A DNA stretch of 58,566 nucleotides from an uncultured Gammaproteobacteria bacterium. GTDB taxonomy: Bacteria; Patescibacteriota; Microgenomatia; Curtissbacterales; GWA2-41-24. Both the position numbers and the translations under genes were made by a program. The stretch spans positions 24,260 to 82,825 of the forward strand of contig CAZBKB010000004.1 of assembly GCA_964492425.1 (NCBI GenBank), written 5' to 3'. Shown in pieces: positions 54,641 through 58,566 of the stretch. Under the pieces are notes generated by a model. That model made no database searches. It was not told the DNA's origin and saw nothing but the letters and a program-made list of their open reading frames with translations. How positions within the stretch are numbered: position 1 is the first letter of the stretch; every line of letters starts with the position of its first letter.

Positions 54641-55095
54641 TTAAATCTTTTTGATAGGTTTTTTAACTCCTTCTCGAAGTCTTTAATATCTGCAAATTGC
54701 CTGTATACCGACGCGAACCTGATATATGCAATTTTGTCCAGCTTTTTAAGTTTTTTTGTCACGAGTTCACCTACCTCTTTGCTAGAAACCTCGCTTGACG
54801 TACCTTTTCTCAGTTCCGCTTCTATTTCATCTACTACTTTTTCAATACTCTCTGCTGATATCGGTCTTTTTTCACAAGACTTAATGATTCCACCTCTTAG
54901 CTTCCCACGGTCAAAAATTTCCCTTTTTCCGTCCTTTTTAATAATTAAAAGATCTAACGTTTCAACCCTTTCGAAAGTTGTAAACCTTCGACCACATTTT
55001 GTACATTCCCGGCGTCTTCGTGTCTCTTTGCCACTGGTCGCCTCACGTTTATCCAGTACCTTTGTCGTATCATGAGCACAGAACGGACAAATCAC
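54637..55095 (-). CDS. nrdR: transcriptional repressor NrdR
   Basis: Zinc ribbon MICPFCAHDTTKVLDKR...CTKCGRRFTTFE plus an ATP-cone. GTG start preceded by AAGGGA. Confidence 0.9.
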   Translation of the reverse strand: MICPFCAHDTTKVLDKREATSGKETRRRRECTKCGRRFTTFERVETLDLLIIKKDGKREIFDRGKLRGGIIKSCEKRPISAESIEKVVDEIEAELRKGTSSEVSSKEVGELVTKKLKKLDKIAYIRFASVYRQFADIKDFEKELKNLSKRFK

Positions 55096-55183
55096 ATTGA
55101 TTCCCTTACTTCTTTAGCTGCCCTTTTCTTGAAAAACATGTGCCTTCACCTGCAGACTGAATGTTTCACGGATTCCGCGAAAG

Positions 55184-55197
55184 CACAATATATTGTG
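55184..55197. promoter_or_regulatory. NrdR box 1 (perfect palindrome)
   Basis: CACAATATATTGTG matches the core of the NrdR-box consensus acaCwAtATaTwGtgt. Located 89 nt upstream of the nrdR start. Confidence 0.7.
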
Positions 55198-55213
55198 GTC
55201 TAACTCTAGAATG

Positions 55214-55229
55214 ACACCACATGTTGACA
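55214..55229. promoter_or_regulatory. NrdR box 2 (degenerate)
   Basis: ACACCACATGTTGACA matches about 10/16 of the consensus. Its centre is about 31 bp from box 1, the usual tandem spacing. A TTGACA hexamer (minus strand, 55232-55237) abuts it. Confidence 0.4.
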
Positions 55230-55297
55230 CTTGTCAATACCCTAATTTTTGTTGATTTTAATCTATTTTAAACCGAAGAAAACCCGAAGTCAATGCC

Positions 55298-55600
55298 TTA
55301 GTTTACAAACCCGAGAACATCTTTAGATTCTTGAGACATTTTGGCAGGGTTCCATGGCGGGTCGAATGTAAACTCAACTAGTACGTCGGATATTTCTTTA
55401 TGGCTTTTCAACCTTGAGGTAATATCGCGAACAAAATATGAGTCCAGTGGACAACCCGGGGTTGTTAAAGTCATTTGTACACTTACTCGTGACTGGTCTA
55501 TTGAAATGCTATAAATTAGACCTAAATCAACAATGTTTATGCCAAGTTCGGGATCAATACATTGCTTGAGCTTGTCCACCACTTCTTCTTGGGAAACCAT
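55298..55600 (-). CDS. DUF59 / SufT-like Fe-S assembly protein
   Basis: CIDPELGINIVDLGLIY...MTLTTPGCPL; 100 aa. Confidence 0.8.
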   Translation of the reverse strand: MVSQEEVVDKLKQCIDPELGINIVDLGLIYSISIDQSRVSVQMTLTTPGCPLDSYFVRDITSRLKSHKEISDVLVEFTFDPPWNPAKMSQESKDVLGFVN

Positions 55601-55684
55601 TTACTGTGTATAGCGTACTACACGTTCAGCTTTGAAGTCAATTTATGTTGAAGTTAATTCATATTCACAACGTCCTTGACTTAG

Positions 55685-56119
55685 ATGTATAAATTGCGTA
55701 ATCTAATATTCGACTGCGTGAATATAGATAAAATAATTGTTTTTTTGGCAACTTGGGCCTTGGTCAGTATTGCCCTGTTGATCCTATCCATTGTTTTTAA
55801 GTCACAGGTTGTTTTTGGCAATATGGATATTGCAGGTACGATGTCGGCGGTTGTTTGGTCTTTTGTTTTAACTTATCTTGGAAAAATTGCGCCCCAAGTG
55901 CTTTCACGTTTGGAATTAAAGGTTAAAGATGAAAGATACGCTATGGTTGTGACTACTATTCTCCTAATTCCTGTTATTTGGCTTCTAAAAAGGCTTGCAG
56001 TTTTTACCGGAGTAGGAATATCGAATAATTTTTTCGTGCTAGTTGTCGCAATCGTTGCGTCAATAGTTACTTTTTACAGTTTTAAATATTCAGAACACTA
56101 TCTGAAAAAGTTACAATAA
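55685..56119 (+). CDS. hypothetical 4-TM membrane protein
   Basis: 144 aa with four hydrophobic segments and no recognisable family. Confidence 0.5.
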   Translation: MYKLRNLIFDCVNIDKIIVFLATWALVSIALLILSIVFKSQVVFGNMDIAGTMSAVVWSFVLTYLGKIAPQVLSRLELKVKDERYAMVVTTILLIPVIWLLKRLAVFTGVGISNNFFVLVVAIVASIVTFYSFKYSEHYLKKLQ

Positions 56120-56145
56120 TTGTTCACAAGTTATTATTTTACCCA

Positions 56146-56694
56146 ATGTTAAAGCAGAATCTGAGACTAGAGCTGCTTAGGAAGAGACTGGGTCTTGATG
56201 ATACCTACATTCAGAATACAAGCAAAAAGGTAATCGTTAATTTATTTTCCAACATTTCTTTTAAAAATCAATCTAAAATACTTGTTTATTTACCAATAAA
56301 AAATGAGGTTGACACTAGTTTGTTGATTGAAAAGTTGACAAGTGAGGGAAAAGAATTATTTTTGCCAGCTTTATCGATGAAACATTGGATTGTAAGTAAG
56401 TTTGACCCCAACGGAGAAGTTGAAAAAGTATTCGGTGAAGTATATCAACCGCAAACAATAGTTAGTGTAGATGGGAGAAACATTGATATAGCAATTGTGC
56501 CAGGTATCGCTTTTTCAACAAGTGGCGCAAGGTTAGGCTTTGGTTTTGGAGTGTACGACAAACTGCTTGCTAGGACCTCTGCCATAAAGATAGGGCTTTG
56601 TTATGATTTTCAGCTAGTTGATGATGTTGATATTAGTCCCATGGATGTGAAGATGGACTTTGTAGTGAGTGAGGTGGGGTTTATAGATGTATGA
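56146..56694 (+). CDS. 5-formyltetrahydrofolate cyclo-ligase
   Basis: ...ILVYLPIKNEVDT..., IAIVPGIAFSTSGARLGFGFGVYDKLL. Confidence 0.85.
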   Translation: MLKQNLRLELLRKRLGLDDTYIQNTSKKVIVNLFSNISFKNQSKILVYLPIKNEVDTSLLIEKLTSEGKELFLPALSMKHWIVSKFDPNGEVEKVFGEVYQPQTIVSVDGRNIDIAIVPGIAFSTSGARLGFGFGVYDKLLARTSAIKIGLCYDFQLVDDVDISPMDVKMDFVVSEVGFIDV

Positions 56695-56730
56695 GAGTTG
56701 AGGGCCACTTTTCTTGAAGCGAATATAAAG

Positions 56731-57699
56731 TTACTTGACGATTACTGCGTTTGGGAGGAGTCTTCCGGGGCCTGCTTTATATCCACCTGAGTAAAGTGCA
56801 CTCGACCCGCCTCCATCCAGATTTAGAGCATCCGTTGCCCCCAGTGATTTAAAAATATTGGCAAGATCACGCATGTTAGCACTCCGGGCAACTACCAGAA
56901 ACAGCTTTCCACCGCCGAAGCCGATACCTGAACGTGTCCCTTTTGTCACTTTTAAGTTGTCGGATATTGCCCCTTCATCCAAAACTATGTTTCCTCCTGC
57001 CAAGAGTGACGGGTAATTTACAATGCCGCCTGTTATATTTGTAGGAGCTCCAACACAGTTTGCACAAGAGAAAAATTGTGCAGATCCGGGTCTAAAGACC
57101 ATCATACCCCGACCACCCCAGAAAAGAGTGTCTGATCTCATCCATTTGTTTTTGCGGTTGTTCCAGATGGGGAAATCGTAACTGCCAACTTTTCCTGAAC
57201 ACCATGAATAATCCGGTGGGCAAAAATAAGTGCCATTTATGCCTGCTTTGCCCCCATTTTCGCTTACATATTGGGCAAGGGGTTTTGTAGGACAATTGTT
57301 GCCGCAATCGTCATCGTTTGCACTGTCTGTAACTACCGTCACTGAACCCAGGTCATAAGTCACAACTGTATAATTGCCCCCCGAGGAAACATTAGGGTTT
57401 GAGACAGGTTTTGGCGAGGGTGATGGGGAAGGTGCGGCCAGAAACGAGATTTCAGATTCAATAAGAGGATCAGGTGATGATTCTTTGGTGGGTGAGGGCT
57501 GTGGGGTTGGGAGTTGAGCATCCTGGTTTATAGCTTCTAAACTTGTTTGTTTATCTTCAAGACTTGCTGATCTGGGGACAGTTTGCAATTTGCTAGGATC
57601 AACAATTTCTGCACCTTTGTTTTTCGTTGCTAAAGAAAGCAGTAAATAGCTTAAGAACAAAAGTGGCAAAAGGACGAGGATGGCAGCAAATCCACGCAT
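56731..57699 (-). CDS. secreted phosphodiester glycosidase family protein (DUF2233/NAGPA-like)
   Basis: Signal/anchor segment, P/S-rich linker (APSPSPSPKP), GINGTYF, ...TRSGIGFGGGKLFLVVAR..., ALNLDGGGSSALY. Confidence 0.7.
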   Translation of the reverse strand: MRGFAAILVLLPLLFLSYLLLSLATKNKGAEIVDPSKLQTVPRSASLEDKQTSLEAINQDAQLPTPQPSPTKESSPDPLIESEISFLAAPSPSPSPKPVSNPNVSSGGNYTVVTYDLGSVTVVTDSANDDDCGNNCPTKPLAQYVSENGGKAGINGTYFCPPDYSWCSGKVGSYDFPIWNNRKNKWMRSDTLFWGGRGMMVFRPGSAQFFSCANCVGAPTNITGGIVNYPSLLAGGNIVLDEGAISDNLKVTKGTRSGIGFGGGKLFLVVARSANMRDLANIFKSLGATDALNLDGGGSSALYSGGYKAGPGRLLPNAVIVK

Positions 57700-57799
57700 G
57701 TGATATTTAATTTATGATAACATTATATTCGATTTAACAGCGAAAAATTGTTAAAATAATGTTCTTTGCGGAGTCGCCCGCCTGCAACGCTATGCGTAG

Positions 57800-57822
57800 C
57801 ATTGCGGGCAGGTCTAACGGTA
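57800..57822 (+). repeat. duplicated 5' end (acceptor plus D-arm) of tRNA-Gln, upstream of GIY-YIG ORF 1
   Basis: cattgcgggcaggtctaacggta versus cattgcgggatcgtctaacggta at 58059-58081 (20/23 identical). The GIY-YIG ATG starts at the last base of the repeat. Confidence 0.75.
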
Positions 57823-58058
57823 TGTACTTTACGTATGTGTTAAAAAGTAAAAAAGATGGAAATTTATATACGGGTTGGACTGATAATCTAGAAAAGAGGG
57901 TCAAGGCTCACAATCAGAAACTGGTCATCGCAACCAAAAATAGAATTCCATTAATTTTGATTTACTATGAAGCATGTTTATCTAAGGAAAAAGCTATACT
58001 AAGAGAAAAACAATTGAAGACAGGTTTTGGTCGAGCTTACTTAAAGAAAAGGGTTTAA
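57822..58058 (+). CDS. GIY-YIG nuclease family protein (small URI-domain type)
   Basis: MYFTYVLKSKKDGNLYTGWTDNLEKRVKAHN... (GIY/YIG-type motifs, 78 aa). The longer track ORF from 57759 reads through the tRNA-like fragment and is rejected. Confidence 0.8.
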   Translation: MYFTYVLKSKKDGNLYTGWTDNLEKRVKAHNQKLVIATKNRIPLILIYYEACLSKEKAILREKQLKTGFGRAYLKKRV

Positions 58059-58061
58059 CAT

Positions 58062-58132
58062 TGCGGGATCGTCTAACGGTAGGACGACGGATTCTGGATC
58101 CGTCTATCTAGGTTCGAATCCTAGTCCCGCAG
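58062..58132 (+). tRNA. tRNA-Gln (anticodon CUG)
   Basis: Manual cloverleaf: acceptor TGCGGGA/TCCCGCA with discriminator G, D-arm GTCT-AACGGTA-GGAC, anticodon stem ACGGA/TCCGT with loop TTCTGGA, T-arm CTAGG-TTCGAAT-CCTAG. No encoded CCA. Confidence 0.85.
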
Positions 58133-58133
58133 C

Positions 58134-58193
58134 TCTTCCTCGCTTCGCTCGTCAGAGTCTTCGACCATTTTGACACAAATTAAGCGAGGAAGA
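58134..58193 (+). repeat. 12-bp perfect inverted repeat immediately 3' of tRNA-Gln
   Basis: TCTTCCTCGCTT (58134-58145) pairs with AAGCGAGGAAGA (58182-58193); 36-nt loop. Confidence 0.7.
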
Positions 58194-58231
58194 CATTGAG
58201 GAGCGCAGCGACGAAATGATACCCTTTCCAT

Positions 58232-58474
58232 ATGCCCTACTTTGTTTACATTGTTGAGTGCGCTGATAAAACTTATTATGTTGGTTGTACTAACAACATT
58301 GATAAAAGGTTAAAACAACATAACCAGTCAAAGTGGGGTGCTCATTACACAAAGATCAGAAGACCAGTCATTCTAAAATACTCCGCACAATTTGAAACGC
58401 TACTGGAAGCTCGTCGTAGAGAAAAGGAGATCAAAGGTTGGCGAAGAGAAAAGAAAGAGTCATTATGGAAGTAG
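58232..58474 (+). CDS. GIY-YIG nuclease family protein (small URI-domain type)
   Basis: MPYFVYIVECADKTYYVGCTNNIDKRLKQHN...; 80 aa, a divergent paralog of the ORF at 57822. Confidence 0.8.
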   Translation: MPYFVYIVECADKTYYVGCTNNIDKRLKQHNQSKWGAHYTKIRRPVILKYSAQFETLLEARRREKEIKGWRREKKESLWK

Positions 58475-58511
58475 CCTTCGTGTTATTTCGAAGTCGACTG
58501 TGCGAAGGATA

Positions 58512-58525
58512 CCTAGTCCCGCAGC
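58512..58525 (+). repeat. duplicated 3' end (T-arm/acceptor) of tRNA-Gln, downstream of GIY-YIG ORF 2
   Basis: cctagtcccgcagc is identical (14/14) to 58120-58133 at the 3' end of the intact tRNA. Confidence 0.75.
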
Positions 58526-58566
58526 AAACGAGCTGGTGTGGAACTTAACTCGTTAAAATCTTTTTA

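Noticed and set aside
54641-55183. Cobalamin riboswitch controlling nrdJ
   Set aside because: nrdJ overlaps nrdR (ATGA), which leaves no leader. The 5' region of nrdR is only about 90 nt downstream of the NrdR boxes, and I see no B12-box-like element there.
57759-57821. 21-codon N-terminal extension of GIY-YIG ORF 1
   Set aside because: It translates the tRNA-like fragment and hairpin. The GIY-YIG domain begins at MYFTYVL (57822), which parallels MPYFVYIV in the paralog.
1-58566. CRISPR arrays, rRNA genes, transposases, integrases, prophage genes
   Set aside because: I found no regularly spaced direct repeats, no rRNA-like conserved stretches and no recombinase-like ORFs. The only mobility-like signal is the GIY-YIG/tRNA arrangement.

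Overview
AT-rich, tightly packed bacterial chromosome segment. Almost every gene from 1 to 28980 and most genes after that are on the minus strand, often with ATGA or TAATG start/stop overlaps. The gene content looks like a Candidate Phyla Radiation / Patescibacteria (Microgenomates-like) genome; this is inference from content only: many GT-C membrane glycosyltransferases, a DUF5667-like protein, a four-helix-bundle '23S IVS' protein, small GIY-YIG ORFs beside tRNAs, class II RNR, H+-PPase and a short TsaB. TGA is used as a stop codon and an RF2 gene is present, so the standard bacterial code applies.

Content in order:
- (1) 1-9105: envelope or protein glycosylation region with a partial YfhO-like gene, four paralogous ArnT/PMT-like GT-C proteins (three here plus one at 29037), one DUF2029-like GT-C, polyprenyl-phosphate GT2 enzymes (one fused to GtrA) and an embedded pyrB.
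- (2) 9102-15556: nucleotide-sugar operon gmd-rmd-ugd-rmlDCBA.
- (3) 15601-18703: a SipW-type signal peptidase module. It has a TasA/camelysin-like protein, a SipW-like peptidase fused in frame to its own apparent substrate (SipW-class signal peptide, PT/SP linker, lamin-tail domain), and a TasA-like domain fused to about 13 RTX nonapeptide repeats.
- (4) 19506-28980: galE-like, tsaB/tsaC/tsaE, VanZ, a surface protein, an M23 peptidase with an apparently circularly permuted LytM domain next to ftsEX, prfB, uppP and a GT2.
- (5) 30608-49263: housekeeping genes secA, serS, lysS, greA, tRNA-Glu, hppA, lon, lgt and a DUF1461/Lit-like gene, interspersed with HD proteins, HExxH proteins and a HisG-like orphan.
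- (6) 49312-55236: PduO-type adenosyltransferase, a decayed pseudouridine synthase gene, and nrdR-nrdJ with NrdR boxes.
- (7) 57800-58525: tRNA-Gln(CUG) flanked by two GIY-YIG ORFs, each bounded by a duplicated end of the tRNA.

I saw no rRNA, CRISPR array, transposase or integrase.
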